64,000 bases of DNA from Thermodesulfovibrionales bacterium (lineage in GTDB: Bacteria; Nitrospirota; Thermodesulfovibrionia; Thermodesulfovibrionales; UBA6898), in assembly GCA_044450345.1 (NCBI GenBank), contig JBIOIY010000003.1, positions 1 to 64,000 of the forward strand, read 5' to 3'. The notes below the pieces were generated by a model. It worked only from the letters and a program-made list of their open reading frames with translations. It was not told where the DNA came from and did no database searches. The stretch's first letter is position 1; the number at the start of each line of letters is the position of its first letter. Positions 47,902 to 58,570 of this stretch are shown piece by piece. The position numbers were made by a program, and so were the translations under genes.

Positions 47902-48759
47902 ATGGAACTCTATGAAGAAATCGTGAGATTGAAAAAGGAAGGCAGATCTTCCGCCCTCGCAACGATAGTGCAGTGCATAGGTTCGTCACCTCAGAAAGAA
48001 GGGGCGAAGATGCTTGTCAGGGACGACGGCTCGATTGCAGGCACTATGGGAGGCGGATGTCTTGAGGCCGAAGTGATTCAGGCCTCTGTCATGGCGATCA
48101 AGGACGGCTCGCCCCGAACGCTTCCGATAGAACTTACCGAGAGACACGGCGGACTCGTCTGCGGCGGCAAGGTACTTGTATATATCGAACCGGTCATACC
48201 TGAGCCGAGACTTATTATCCTCGGCGCCGGTCATGTCGGCAAGGCGCTCGCAAGAGTCGCCAAGTTCAGCGGCTTCAAGACGACCGTTGTTGACGACAGG
48301 GAGGAATTCGCAAACAGAGAGAATATTCCTGATGCCGACGAACTGGTTGTCCGTGGCTTGGGGGACGCTTTTCCCAAAGTTTTTGTCGACAGCGGCTCCT
48401 ATATCGTTATCGCGACAAGGGGACATACCCATGACCTTGACGCACTTAAGGCCGCTTTAAGGACGAGGGCCGGATATATCGGCCTTCTCGGCAGCAAGCG
48501 CAAGAGGGCACTTCTTTTTAAGGTCCTCGGCGAAGAAGGTTTTTCTAAAGAAGATGTCGCGAGGGTCGTCACGCCTGTGGGCCTTTCTATCGGGTCCGTT
48601 ACCCCGGAGGAGATTGCGATAAGCATCATGGCCCAGATAATTCAGAAAAGGAGGGAACATATTGTCCTCGGTATCGGCAGTTCTTCTTGCAGCAGGCTCG
48701 GGGAGGAGGATGCCGGCAGCGACATGGTGGAGTCAAGGAAGACTACCTTGCGATCATGA
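47902..48759 (+). CDS. XdhC/CoxI molybdoenzyme maturation factor
   Basis: GSSPQKEGAKM, GTMGGGCLE, CGG, GAGHV, TRGH, YIGLLGS and PVGL...PEEIA. Confidence 0.92.
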   Translation: MELYEEIVRLKKEGRSSALATIVQCIGSSPQKEGAKMLVRDDGSIAGTMGGGCLEAEVIQASVMAIKDGSPRTLPIELTERHGGLVCGGKVLVYIEPVIPEPRLIILGAGHVGKALARVAKFSGFKTTVVDDREEFANRENIPDADELVVRGLGDAFPKVFVDSGSYIVIATRGHTHDLDALKAALRTRAGYIGLLGSKRKRALLFKVLGEEGFSKEDVARVVTPVGLSIGSVTPEEIAISIMAQIIQKRREHIVLGIGSSSCSRLGEEDAGSDMVESRKTTLRS

Positions 48760-48794
48760 GAAAGATAGGAGTTCCGGATGTCGAGGGACCTTAA
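48662..48794 (+). pseudogene. Internally deleted MocA/MobA-like nucleotidyltransferase remnant
   Basis: GAGGGA RBS, then TTG-SSVSAVLLAAGSGRRM, followed closely by DM..KEDYLAIMRKI..stop in shifted frames. Confidence 0.65.
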
Positions 48795-49518
48795 CGCATA
48801 CGCCCCATTAATCGCCAATATAGGTTTAGGTCTCGCGCTGGCTTCAGCTATCGCGATGATCTTTTCGGGTATCGGCACTCGATGCGAGCTCTGGAATTTC
48901 CGCATTGGCTTATTGGTCCTGAAATGGGCTGCCTACGGTGGACTTGTCGCGGCTGCAGTTTCCCTTGCAGGGTTTGTCATCTCTTGTCGCGGCGGACCGG
49001 GCATTGTGCGTGCGCTGATAGGAATTATTTTAGGGGTTATTTTGGTTGCGGTTCCTGCGTACTGGCTGGAGAAGGCGCGGCGTGTCCCGCCTATCCACGA
49101 CATTACCACCGATACCTCCGCCCCCCCGCAATTGATGTCGATCTTACCCCTTCGGAAAAACGCTTCTAACCCGCCCGATTACGGAGGGCCTCAGATTGCT
49201 GCCCAGCAGATCAGGGCATATCCCGACATCACTCCGTTTGTACTCGACATCCCGCCCGAAGCGGCCTTCGAAATGGCATTGGCGGCCTCGCGGAGGATGG
49301 GGTGGAAGATAGTTGACGCAGACAGGGCGGACGGGCGGATTGAGGCCTTCGATACGACCTTCTGGTTCGGGTTCAAGGACGATATCGTCATCCGCGTGAA
49401 GAAAGAAGGACAGGGCAGTCGTGTAGACATCCGTTCGGTATCGCGCGTGGGGATAAGCGATGTAGGGACAAATGCGAACCGGGTAAGAAAGTTTCTCAGA
49501 GAGATGGAAAAGAAGTAA
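48778..49518 (+). CDS. DUF1499 domain membrane protein
   Basis: Three TMs, PPIHDITTD, AYPDI, FWFGFKDDIVIRV and RSVSRVGISDVGTNANR. Confidence 0.88.
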   Translation: MSRDLNAYAPLIANIGLGLALASAIAMIFSGIGTRCELWNFRIGLLVLKWAAYGGLVAAAVSLAGFVISCRGGPGIVRALIGIILGVILVAVPAYWLEKARRVPPIHDITTDTSAPPQLMSILPLRKNASNPPDYGGPQIAAQQIRAYPDITPFVLDIPPEAAFEMALAASRRMGWKIVDADRADGRIEAFDTTFWFGFKDDIVIRVKKEGQGSRVDIRSVSRVGISDVGTNANRVRKFLREMEKK

Positions 49519-49677
49519 AAAACACGTTATTTTGCACATCTTGTTTCCCCAGTTGAAAGAAGGCTCTCTAAACTTTTCCGCGGAAGAAAAATACTAATTT
49601 CTTGAAGTTGTCGACAGATTACAAGCGTCCGACTATACTTAATTGTATTCGTAATTCTTCTTATAAGGGAGGGAAAG

Positions 49678-50730
49678 ATGGGCGAAACGTTAAAAAACTT
49701 GCTCATACCTTCGGTCGTTGCGGTGGTGTCTGTGGCGGTATTGCTTGCGATCCGAAGCATTGCTCTCGGACTTATACAGAAGCGGTCGGCAGGTGCGGGG
49801 AGGAAGGTCGACGATATTGTCATAAATGCCTTTAGGGTCCCGTCTGTCTACTGGTGTGTTGCGATCGGACTCCACATCGGCATCGCGGTTTCAGAGCTTC
49901 CCCAACGATACGTCTTTTATATCAGCAAGACGATTCACATCCTCGTGATATTTTCTATTACCATCGCGACTGCAAATCTGGCAGACAGGGTTTTCAAGAA
50001 TTATGTCAGGCAGTCGAACCTCGCGATACCTACAACGGGACTTGCCTTTGGACTGTTGAGAGGAGCGGTCTTGTCTATCGGCTTATTGATCATACTCGGC
50101 GTTCTGGGGATCTCGATTGCGCCGCTTATCACCGCGCTCGGCGTCGGAGGCCTTGCGGTCGCCCTTGCGCTTCAGGACACGCTCGCCAATCTCTTTGCGG
50201 GCATCCATATACTTGCAGAAAGAACAATACGTGTGGGGGACTTTGTGCGGCTTGAAACAGGGCAGGAAGGACTAGTAGAGGACATCTCATGGAGGACGAC
50301 AAGGATCAGGATGCCTTCCAACAACATGGTGGTCATCACGAACAGCAAACTTTCCCAGAGCATAGTAACGAATTATTCGCTGCCTGAAAAAAGGACTTTT
50401 GTCCAGATACAAATAGGCGTCGGCTATTCTTCCGATCCCGAAACAATCGAAAGGATCCTGAAGGAAGTGGCGATAAAGGCGACCAAAGAGGTGCCGTTTC
50501 TGCTTGCCGACCCTGCCCCGGACGTGAGCTTCTCCCCGGGATTCGGCCCGAGTTCTCTGGATTTTACTGTAACTTGCCAGCTCCGGGAGTTTACCGACCA
50601 GGGGGCCGCGCAACACGAGCTGCGAAAGAGGGTATTCAAAAGATTGAGGGAAGAAGCAATAGAGATTCCCTTTCCTCAGAGGACGGTATATCTGCGGGAG
50701 GAAAAGGAATGGAAGCGGGACGGTGAATAA
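49678..50730 (+). CDS. Small-conductance mechanosensitive channel (MscS family)
   Basis: ALGVGGLAVALALQDTLANLFAG, RVGDFV, WRTT and IPFPQR. Confidence 0.93.
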   Translation: MGETLKNLLIPSVVAVVSVAVLLAIRSIALGLIQKRSAGAGRKVDDIVINAFRVPSVYWCVAIGLHIGIAVSELPQRYVFYISKTIHILVIFSITIATANLADRVFKNYVRQSNLAIPTTGLAFGLLRGAVLSIGLLIILGVLGISIAPLITALGVGGLAVALALQDTLANLFAGIHILAERTIRVGDFVRLETGQEGLVEDISWRTTRIRMPSNNMVVITNSKLSQSIVTNYSLPEKRTFVQIQIGVGYSSDPETIERILKEVAIKATKEVPFLLADPAPDVSFSPGFGPSSLDFTVTCQLREFTDQGAAQHELRKRVFKRLREEAIEIPFPQRTVYLREEKEWKRDGE

Positions 50731-51277
50731 GCTTGACCCGCTTGCGATTATTTCGAAATATTATGAGCCGGGCTCGACCTTGTTTATGATCCTTGTTGCA
50801 CATAGCAAAGCGGTCACGGGAAAGGCCCTCGAAATTGCCGAGAGGGTCGCTCATTTGAATCCGGATATGGAATTTGTCGAAGCCGCAGCGATGCTCCACG
50901 ATATCGGGATCTTTATGACAAATGCACCCGGCATAGGCTGTTTTGGAGATAAAAAATATATTTGTCACGGATACCTGGGGAGAGAACTCCTGGAAAAGGA
51001 GGGCCTGCCTAGACATGCCCTCGTCTGCGAAAGGCACGTGGGTGTCGGCATCAGCATAGACGACATCGACAACCAGAAACTCCCCATACCCAGGCGGCAA
51101 ATGCTGCCGCTCACCCTCGAGGAAAAGATCATTTGTTATGCCGACAAATTCTTTTCAAAGAGACTGGACGCTCTGCATATCGAAAAACCCCTTGAGGCTG
51201 TGAGACTTGTGATCAAGAGATACGGCACTGAGAAGTTGCAGAGATTTGACGAGATGAACATACTTTTCAATAAATAA
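50723..51277 (+). CDS. HD(IG) domain metal-dependent phosphohydrolase
   Basis: HS, LHDIG, HG, CERH and CYADKFF. Confidence 0.9.
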   Translation: MNKLDPLAIISKYYEPGSTLFMILVAHSKAVTGKALEIAERVAHLNPDMEFVEAAAMLHDIGIFMTNAPGIGCFGDKKYICHGYLGRELLEKEGLPRHALVCERHVGVGISIDDIDNQKLPIPRRQMLPLTLEEKIICYADKFFSKRLDALHIEKPLEAVRLVIKRYGTEKLQRFDEMNILFNK

Positions 51278-52034
51278 TCTTTTCGAGAAAGAGTCCCTGC
51301 GCAGGGGCGGTCGGTCCGGCCATGGTCCTGTCGCGGGACTGAAGGATCCGGCTGCACTCCTCTACGGATATCTTACCCCTGCCGACTTCTACCATGGTGC
51401 CGACGATGTTTCTCACCATATGCCTGAGGAATGCATTTGCCTCTATCCTTATTTTAATAAAATCCCCTTTGATCGAAGAAGTCATAAAACTCATGTCTTC
51501 GCGCCTTGCTATATCGGCGGCATACACTGTTCGCACCGGGTGTTTTGCCCCGCAGCCGCTGGCCCTAAAGGAGGAGAAGTCGTGTTCTCCGATAAGAAGG
51601 GTTGCAGCCTTGCCCATGCTGTCGAGGTCGAGGCATGAACGCACATTCCAGACATATCGATTAAGAAACGCGGACTGAAGTCTGCCTTCCGAAATAATGT
51701 AGAAATAGCTCTTTCGGGCGGCGCGATACCGTGGATGAAAATCTTTGTCTGTTTCTTCTGTGGCAAGTATTCTGATATTCGGGGGAAGCTTGGCGTTTAA
51801 GGCCCTCATGATGACATCCGCATCGAGGAATGAGTCCGTGCCGAATACTGCCACCTGGCCGAGCGCATGGACCCCTGCATCTGTCCTGCTGGCCCCGGTG
51901 AGCCTGACCTCTTCGCCCGTGATGCGTTGAACCTTATTTCTGATAATGTCCTGTATCGTCCCGCCCGACTTCTGGGATTGCCAACCATGATAGTTCGTCC
52001 CGTCGTATTCGATTAAGAGCCTGATGTAGCGCAT
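51267..52034 (-). CDS. truA: tRNA pseudouridine(38-40) synthase
   Basis: YDGTNYHGWQ, SRTDAGVHA, HDFSSF, FLRHMVR and TAPAQGL. Confidence 0.97.
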   Translation of the reverse strand: MRYIRLLIEYDGTNYHGWQSQKSGGTIQDIIRNKVQRITGEEVRLTGASRTDAGVHALGQVAVFGTDSFLDADVIMRALNAKLPPNIRILATEETDKDFHPRYRAARKSYFYIISEGRLQSAFLNRYVWNVRSCLDLDSMGKAATLLIGEHDFSSFRASGCGAKHPVRTVYAADIARREDMSFMTSSIKGDFIKIRIEANAFLRHMVRNIVGTMVEVGRGKISVEECSRILQSRDRTMAGPTAPAQGLFLEKIIY

Positions 52035-52150
52035 CGATTGATTTTCAGGGAATAGAGGGTTTTAGTCAAGGTGCAGTGAAGAGGAGACATATGTCTTTAC
52101 CTTTTGACAAATCTCCCTTGAGACAATTATTATCGAAAATCAATGCGCAC

Positions 52151-52846
52151 ATGCTGACCCAACTCAAGAAAGACATGGAACCTCTCGCCGATCCGGAAAA
52201 GGCCAAAATCCTTGCGCGCTTTTTCAAGACGGGGAAGGGTCAGTACGGCGAGGGTGATGTCTTTCTCGGGATCGTCGTCCCGAAACAACGAACTGTCGCG
52301 AAGAAATATTCCGGGCTGCCGCTGAGAGATATCGGCCGTCTTCTTACGAGCAAAATCCATGAACACAGGCTCGTGGCCCTTATTATCCTGGCGAACGCAT
52401 ATAAGAATGCCGATACGGAAGGCAGGGAGAGGATCGTGGATTTCTACCTGAAGCAGGCGAGAAATATCAACAATTGGGACCTCGTCGACCTCTCAGCTCC
52501 CAATATCCTGGGGGAATACCTTTTAGATAAGGATAGGACGGTGCTTTACCGGCTTGCCGGATCGAAAAACCTATGGGAAAGGAGGATCGCGATCATGTCT
52601 ACTTTTGCCTTCATAAGGAAGAATGACTTTAAAGACACCCTCCGGATCTGCGAACTCCTCCTGAACGACAGCCATGACCTGATCCATAAGGCGGCCGGCT
52701 GGATGCTCCGGGAAGTCGGGAAAAGGGACCTGAAGACCTAGGAAGATTTTCTCGAAAGACATTACAGTCTGATGCCCAGGACAATGCTCAGGTATGCCAT
52801 CGAAAGGTTTGGGGCAGAGAAAAGGAGAATGTTCCTGCACAAATAA
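52151..52846 (+). pseudogene. DNA alkylation repair (AlkD-like) gene with in-frame amber stop at 52739-52741
   Basis: FFKTGKGQYGEGD, INNWDLVD and HKAAGWMLREVGK; after TAG the frame continues EDFLERHYSLMPRTMLRYAIERF...stop. Confidence 0.85.
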
Positions 52847-53014
52847 TCCCGGTTTGGAAAAATTGTCTGAGGCCGGGTTTTCTTCCACAGTGAGGCCGCC
52901 GGCCCTACAGGGAATCAATACGAAACGGCTGTGTTGACAACAGGAAGTGTCTTCCCTATAGTAATTAGCAAAATCCTGCCTTCGGAGGGAAAGGGGCAAA
53001 AGGGTGATGTCGAA

Positions 53015-53623
53015 ATGAGGACCAGAGTTAATTCGGCGGTTCTGTTGATTGCCGTAATGGGAAGTTTGCTATTTACCCTGCACTGCTATTCTGCAACCTA
53101 TTATAAATATGTGGATAAAAACGGTACGGTTTGCTTTACTGACAGCCGGCAGTCTATCCCGGAGGAATACAAAAGGAAAGCAACTAAAATAACCGACGAA
53201 AAAGAGAATGCCGGTAATAAAGCGAGTGACGCTCAGATAAAAGCAGTCACCGCGGATGATCTCTCCACTGACAAGAAGCAAGAGCTGCCTTTTAAGGAGA
53301 AGATAAAAAATGCCTTGACGGCGCTTACCAATTCCAACTTCTTTAAGCCCGTTTTAGCGATAGCTATATTCATCAGCTTATTTATACTTATCGGGAAGAT
53401 AGGAGTGTCTCTGGGACATAAGCAGTTAAGTTCCGTCCTGAGAATTGCACTGACTGCCGGAATACTGGTTTTTTTAATTCATACGCATATGGAAAAAATA
53501 GCAAATGCCTTCAACTCGCTGATAAAAGATGCGACTGATATCGCGAAGCGGGCTGAGGAGAGGAACAAAAAGGCAGGGGATGCGGGAAAAGATCCGCTCG
53601 AACCGGAAAATCCCCGCAAGTGA
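53015..53623 (+). CDS. DUF4124 domain membrane protein
   Basis: Signal/TM segment, YYKYVDKNGTVCFTD..IPEEY, two C-terminal TMs. Confidence 0.75.
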   Translation: MRTRVNSAVLLIAVMGSLLFTLHCYSATYYKYVDKNGTVCFTDSRQSIPEEYKRKATKITDEKENAGNKASDAQIKAVTADDLSTDKKQELPFKEKIKNALTALTNSNFFKPVLAIAIFISLFILIGKIGVSLGHKQLSSVLRIALTAGILVFLIHTHMEKIANAFNSLIKDATDIAKRAEERNKKAGDAGKDPLEPENPRK

Positions 53624-53702
53624 GTATTTGTCCCTTTATTCATCAATAAAGTGTTTTGACAAATCCCGCCGGTAATTTATATAGTTAGTATCTCGAATTG
53701 AT

Positions 53703-54296
53703 ATGACTATTGTACTTGCCACCAGAAACAGGAAGAAGGTCGAGGAGATCAGCAGGATATTCGAAGGATATGATATCCGGTTCTTGACTGTCGATGCATT
53801 TCCCGGCTGTCCCGAAGTGGAGGAAGACGGGAAGACATTCAGGCAGAATGCGGTGAAAAAGTCCGTCCATATCGCCCAATTCACCGGTTGTCCAGCAATA
53901 GCAGATGATTCAGGGCTTGAGGTCAAGGCCCTTGGCGGGGCACCCGGGGTTTTTTCCGCCCGTTACGCTGGTAATGATGCTGATGACGGGAAAAACCTCA
54001 AGAAATTGCTTCTGGAGATGAAAGGGCTGAGCACTGAACATAGGCAGGCGCGGTTTGTCTGCTGCATCGCCTTTGCCTTGCCGGACGGAAAAAACAAGAC
54101 CTTTACGGGACATGCGAAGGGAGAAATCGCAAAAAAACCTAGAGGTTTCAATGGGTTTGGCTATGATCCGGTCTTCTATCCGTCCGGACATGACAGAACC
54201 TTCGCCGAGATGTCAGATGCTGAGAAGGATGCGCTTAGCCACAGGGGGAAGGCCTTAAAAAGTTTATATAGTTATTTGAAAACAATTTTAAATTAA
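53703..54296 (+). CDS. rdgB: XTP/dITP diphosphatase
   Basis: LATRN..K, ADDSGL, PGVFSARY, GFGYDP and SHRG. Confidence 0.96.
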   Translation: MTIVLATRNRKKVEEISRIFEGYDIRFLTVDAFPGCPEVEEDGKTFRQNAVKKSVHIAQFTGCPAIADDSGLEVKALGGAPGVFSARYAGNDADDGKNLKKLLLEMKGLSTEHRQARFVCCIAFALPDGKNKTFTGHAKGEIAKKPRGFNGFGYDPVFYPSGHDRTFAEMSDAEKDALSHRGKALKSLYSYLKTILN

Positions 54297-54398
54297 CGGT
54301 AAAAAAAATATACACTATGAATAGTGAAATTTTTGAGATACCATGTAGTTCCATTCAGATTAATAAGTAATTTTTATCTATTTATGAGAAATATGAAT

Positions 54399-54428
54399 TT
54401 GACTTAAAAAAATGCGGGGGCATATAGT
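54399..54428 (+). promoter_or_regulatory. Candidate sigma70 promoter for sat-aprBA
   Basis: TTGACT-18 bp-TATAGT after an AT-rich upstream tract. Confidence 0.45.
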
Positions 54429-54704
54429 TATAGGGTTTTAATGGTGTAACGCTCGCATAAGACTTTATTGTTTTGGCTTTAAATCAAACAGTTTTTGGAT
54501 TTTGTGGCTGAATTTTTTGAGACTGGACAGGATTGTGAGGTTAGAGCTGCGTAGCGAGAGCCTTGCAACAACACTATGAGTTCGACCGGCGCTGTTCAAA
54601 TGTAGATCCGTAATATCTCGGCAGACAGTAAAGGCTTTTTTAGTAATTAAGTTTGCAAGGACTAAATTACTAATAGAATAAACCTAATACACAGGAGGAA
54701 GAGA

Positions 54705-55919
54705 ATGGCACTTGTAAACCCGCATGGGAAGCAAAAGAAATTGATGCCTCTGCTTTTGACCGGAGACGAATTAAGGGAGGAGAAGCAGAAGGCGAAAAAA
54801 CTTACGCAGGTAAGGGTCACATCAAGAGAAGCAGGCGACCTCATAATGATGGGAATCGGGGGGTTTACCCCGCTGAAGGGATTCATGGGATATGATGACT
54901 GGAAGGGCGTATGCGATGAGTACAAGATGGCGGACGGCATCTTCTGGCCGATACCGGTCACCCTTTCCACCTCAGAGGGACAGGCGAACAGCATAAAGAA
55001 GAACCAGGAAATAGCGCTGATAGACGAAGAGTCGGGCGAACTCATGGCAACTATGAAGGTCAAGGACAAATATAAGATCGACAAGGCCCATGAATGCAAG
55101 CAGGTCTTCAAGACGACCGAGATGGAACACCCCGGCGTCGTGAAGGTCATGAACCAGGAAGAGATCAATCTCTCCGGTACGGTAAAGGTGCTGAGCGAGG
55201 GAATGTTCCCCAAGCAGTTCGCCGGCGTATATATGAAGCCTTCGGAAACCAGAAAGATCTTTGAAGACAAGGGATGGAACACGGTCGCATGCCTGCAGCT
55301 CAGGAACCCCATGCACAGGTCCCACGAATATCTGGCGAAGATCGCCATAGAGACGTGCGACGGCGTGCTCATCCATCAGCTCCTAGGAAAACTGAAAGAA
55401 GGCGACATACCGGCTGAAGTCAGGGTCAAGGCGATCAACAAGCTGACGGAGCTTTATTTCGTGAAAGACACGAGCATCCAGGCAGGCTATCCGCTTGATA
55501 TGAGATACGCCGGACCGCGTGAGGCGCTGCTCCATGCGCTTTTCAGGCAGAACTACGGATGCAGCCATCAGATCATCGGCCGCGACCACGCCGGAGTTGG
55601 TGAATACTACGGACCGTTCGATGCCCAGAAGATATTCGACGAGATCCCGGCAGGCGCGCTCGAGACCAAGCCCCTTAAGATCGACTGGACATTCTATTGC
55701 ACGAAATGCGACGGCATGGCCTCGATGAGGACTTGCCCTCACGGCAAAGAAGACAGGCTTCTTCTCAGTGGCACAAAGCTCAGGAAAATGCTTTCTGAGA
55801 ACACGGAAGTTCCTGATCACTTCAGCCGTGCAGAAGTCCTCGAAATCCTAAAAGAATACTATGCAGGATTGACCGAGAAGGTCGAGATTAAGGTACATAA
55901 ATATTCAGAAGGCGCATAA
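54705..55919 (+). CDS. sat: Sulfate adenylyltransferase
   Basis: [35 protein letters not shown] and SGTKLR. Confidence 0.97.
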   Translation: MALVNPHGKQKKLMPLLLTGDELREEKQKAKKLTQVRVTSREAGDLIMMGIGGFTPLKGFMGYDDWKGVCDEYKMADGIFWPIPVTLSTSEGQANSIKKNQEIALIDEESGELMATMKVKDKYKIDKAHECKQVFKTTEMEHPGVVKVMNQEEINLSGTVKVLSEGMFPKQFAGVYMKPSETRKIFEDKGWNTVACLQLRNPMHRSHEYLAKIAIETCDGVLIHQLLGKLKEGDIPAEVRVKAINKLTELYFVKDTSIQAGYPLDMRYAGPREALLHALFRQNYGCSHQIIGRDHAGVGEYYGPFDAQKIFDEIPAGALETKPLKIDWTFYCTKCDGMASMRTCPHGKEDRLLLSGTKLRKMLSENTEVPDHFSRAEVLEILKEYYAGLTEKVEIKVHKYSEGA

Positions 55920-55924
55920 AAATA

Positions 55925-55966
55925 CAGCAATCAGCTTTTAGCTATCAGCTGACAGCTAACGGCTAA
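55925..55966. repeat. Six degenerate tandem heptamers (CAGCTNN) between sat and aprB
   Basis: cagcaat cagcttt tagctat cagctga cagctaa cggctaa. Confidence 0.7.
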
Positions 55967-56059
55967 GTTGAGAGGGGGTGAAGTAGGAAGCAAGGGTTCG
56001 GTTGTCGGTTAGTGAAGTGATGGGTTACTAATATTCAATTCAAATAGGAGGTTTAAGAT

Positions 56060-56506
56060 ATGCCAAGTTTTGTAGATCCTGTAAAGTGCGACGGATGCAA
56101 GGGCGGCGAGAAAACCGCATGCATGTACATCTGCCCGAGCGACTTAATGGTTTTAAACGTTGAATCGATGAAGGCTTATAACCAGGAGCCCGACCAGTGC
56201 TGGGAATGCTATTCCTGCGTGAAGATCTGCCCCCAGGGCGCCATCTCGGTTAGGGCGTATTCTGATATCGTACCTCTGGGCGGTATGGTTTCTCCGATGA
56301 TGAGCTCAGACTCGATCATGTGGACGATCCAGTTCAGAAACGGCAACCTGCAGAGGTTCAAATTCCCGATCAGGACGACCCCTGAAGGCTCGATCGACCC
56401 GAAGAACGCAGCCCACAAGGGCAAGAATCTCGATTCGGAGCAGCTTTCGGACGAAGAGGTCGATAATTTTACGCTTGCAAAGCCGAGTGCTATATTCGGC
56501 AAATAG
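56060..56506 (+). CDS. aprB: APS reductase beta subunit
   Basis: KCDGCKGGEKTACMYICP, CWECYSCVKICP and FKFPIRTT. Confidence 0.97.
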   Translation: MPSFVDPVKCDGCKGGEKTACMYICPSDLMVLNVESMKAYNQEPDQCWECYSCVKICPQGAISVRAYSDIVPLGGMVSPMMSSDSIMWTIQFRNGNLQRFKFPIRTTPEGSIDPKNAAHKGKNLDSEQLSDEEVDNFTLAKPSAIFGK

Positions 56507-56541
56507 TTTAATAAGAAAATTACAACAGGAGGAATAGAAAT

Positions 56542-58506
56542 ATGGCATTACCAAATAAGCCAGCCGGAGAATTATTAGCAACGTTAGATCCTGCTATTGC
56601 CGAACTCGAAACCGACATTCTTATTGTCGGAGGCGGTATGGCGGCGTGCGGAACTGCGTACGAGATAAAGAAATGGGCCCCTGAAGGAACGAAGATCCTT
56701 CTTTGTGACAAGGCCGCCCTCGAGAGAAGCGGCGCGGTCGCTCAGGGCCTTTCCGCGATCAACACCTACCTCGGCGAGAATACCCCTGATGACTATGTCA
56801 GAATGATCAGGAACGACCTCATGGGTATCGTCAGGGAAGACCTGATCTTCGACTGCGGAAGACACGTAGACAGATCAGTATATCTTTTTGAAGAATGGGG
56901 ACTTCCGATATGGAAGACGCTCGAAGACGGCAAGACCGTTGACGGCGCACAGGGCGCACCGACCCTCAAGGTCAAGACAAAGCCCGTCCGTTCAGGCCGC
57001 TGGCAGATCATGATCAATGGCGAGTCTTACAAAAGGATCGTGGCTGAAGCTGCCAAGGCAGCCCTCGGCACCGAGAACATTATCGAACGATGCTTTATTG
57101 TAAAGCTCGTCCTCGATAAAAACGAGCCCAACAGGATCGCAGGCGCGGTCGGTTTCAGCGTCAGGGAAAATAAAGTATATGTTATCAAGACCAACGCGAT
57201 GATGGTTGCATGCGGCGGCGCGGTCAACGTATTCAGGCCGAGGGCTACCGGTGAAGGTATGGGCAGATGCTGGTATCCAGTATGGAACGCGGGCTCGACC
57301 TATACCCTCTGCCAGGAAGTCGGCGCAGAGATGACGATGATGGAAAACAGGTTCGTTCCGGCAAGATTTAAAGACGGCTACGGCCCTGTCGGAGCATGGT
57401 TCCTTCTCTTCAAGGCAAAGGCAACCAACACCCTCGGCGAAAACTACATGTCAACAAACGCTGAGATGCTCAAACAGTATCCTCCGTATGGATTGGCGAA
57501 AGTACCTGCTTCCTGCCTGAGAAACCACCTCATGCTGAAAGAGATGAGGGAAGGCAGAGGCCCGATCTACATGGATACGCCTACCGCATTGAAGACCCTT
57601 TCCGCAAACATGACCCCGAAGGAAGTGAAGCACCTTCTGGCAGAGGCATGGGAAGACTTCCTCGACATGTCAGTGGGCCAGGCAGGCCTCTGGGCAGGCA
57701 CGAACACCGAGCCTGAGAAGGTCGGTTCCGAGATTATGCCGACAGAGCCTTATCTCCTTGGCTCGCACTCAGGCTGCTGCGGTATATGGGCTGCGGGTCC
57801 CAATGAAGATTGGGTGCCTGAAGCATACAAGATCATGTACAAGGGCAAAAATTACAACAAAATGACCACTGTCAACGGCCTCTTCACCGCCGGCGACGGC
57901 ACAGGCGCTTCCGGCCATAAGTTCTCCTCCGGCTCACATGCCGAAGGCAGGCAGGTTGCAAAGTCCATGGCCAGGTTTGTCAGGGACAACAAGGACTTCA
58001 AGCCTGCTCTCCAAGAATCTCCGAAGGAACTTGCCGATATCGTTTACAAGCCGGTCAAGACCTTCCTGGAGCACTATCAGAAATCGACAGCTGTTGATGT
58101 TAATGTGAATTACATCAAGCCGGCCGGCTTCCAGAGAAGGCTCATGAAGATCGCCGACGAGTACGGCGCAGGCGTTGCAACATCATACGTCACAAGCAAG
58201 GCGATGCTTGACAGGGCATTCCACCTCTTCGGCATGCTGAGGGAAGACTCCGAGAAGATGGCTGCAGGCGACCTCCACGAACTGCTCAGGGCCTGGGAGA
58301 ACTACCACAGGCTCGGCACCATCGAGTCCCATCTCAGACACATCCTCTTCAGGGAAGAGTCCAGGTACCCCGGCTTCTACTACAGGTCTGACTTCGACCT
58401 CGTAGATGAGAAGAACTGGAAGTGCTTTGTCAACTCGAAGTACGATCCTGCCAAGAAGGAATGGTCGGTATTCAAGAAGGATTACATCCAGATAATACCT
58501 GACTAA
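56542..58506 (+). CDS. aprA: APS reductase alpha subunit
   Basis: RSGAVAQGLSAINTY, WQIMINGESYK, RFKDGYGPVG and GHKFSSGSH. Confidence 0.98.
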   Translation: MALPNKPAGELLATLDPAIAELETDILIVGGGMAACGTAYEIKKWAPEGTKILLCDKAALERSGAVAQGLSAINTYLGENTPDDYVRMIRNDLMGIVREDLIFDCGRHVDRSVYLFEEWGLPIWKTLEDGKTVDGAQGAPTLKVKTKPVRSGRWQIMINGESYKRIVAEAAKAALGTENIIERCFIVKLVLDKNEPNRIAGAVGFSVRENKVYVIKTNAMMVACGGAVNVFRPRATGEGMGRCWYPVWNAGSTYTLCQEVGAEMTMMENRFVPARFKDGYGPVGAWFLLFKAKATNTLGENYMSTNAEMLKQYPPYGLAKVPASCLRNHLMLKEMREGRGPIYMDTPTALKTLSANMTPKEVKHLLAEAWEDFLDMSVGQAGLWAGTNTEPEKVGSEIMPTEPYLLGSHSGCCGIWAAGPNEDWVPEAYKIMYKGKNYNKMTTVNGLFTAGDGTGASGHKFSSGSHAEGRQVAKSMARFVRDNKDFKPALQESPKELADIVYKPVKTFLEHYQKSTAVDVNVNYIKPAGFQRRLMKIADEYGAGVATSYVTSKAMLDRAFHLFGMLREDSEKMAAGDLHELLRAWENYHRLGTIESHLRHILFREESRYPGFYYRSDFDLVDEKNWKCFVNSKYDPAKKEWSVFKKDYIQIIPD

Positions 58507-58536
58507 TCTGACGCGGTAAGAAGTTGATTTTATTGT

Positions 58537-58570
58537 GTGTGCCCAGGGCCAGGCCGGTCCCTGGGCACAC
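58537..58570. other. Strong hairpin after aprA (no U-tract)
   Basis: GTGTGCCCAGGG-N10-CCCTGGGCACAC. Confidence 0.7.

Noticed and set aside
54322..54339. Rex operator upstream of sat (TAGTGAAATTTTTGAGAT)
   Set aside because: Four mismatches to TTGTGAA-N4-TTCACAA in very AT-rich DNA.
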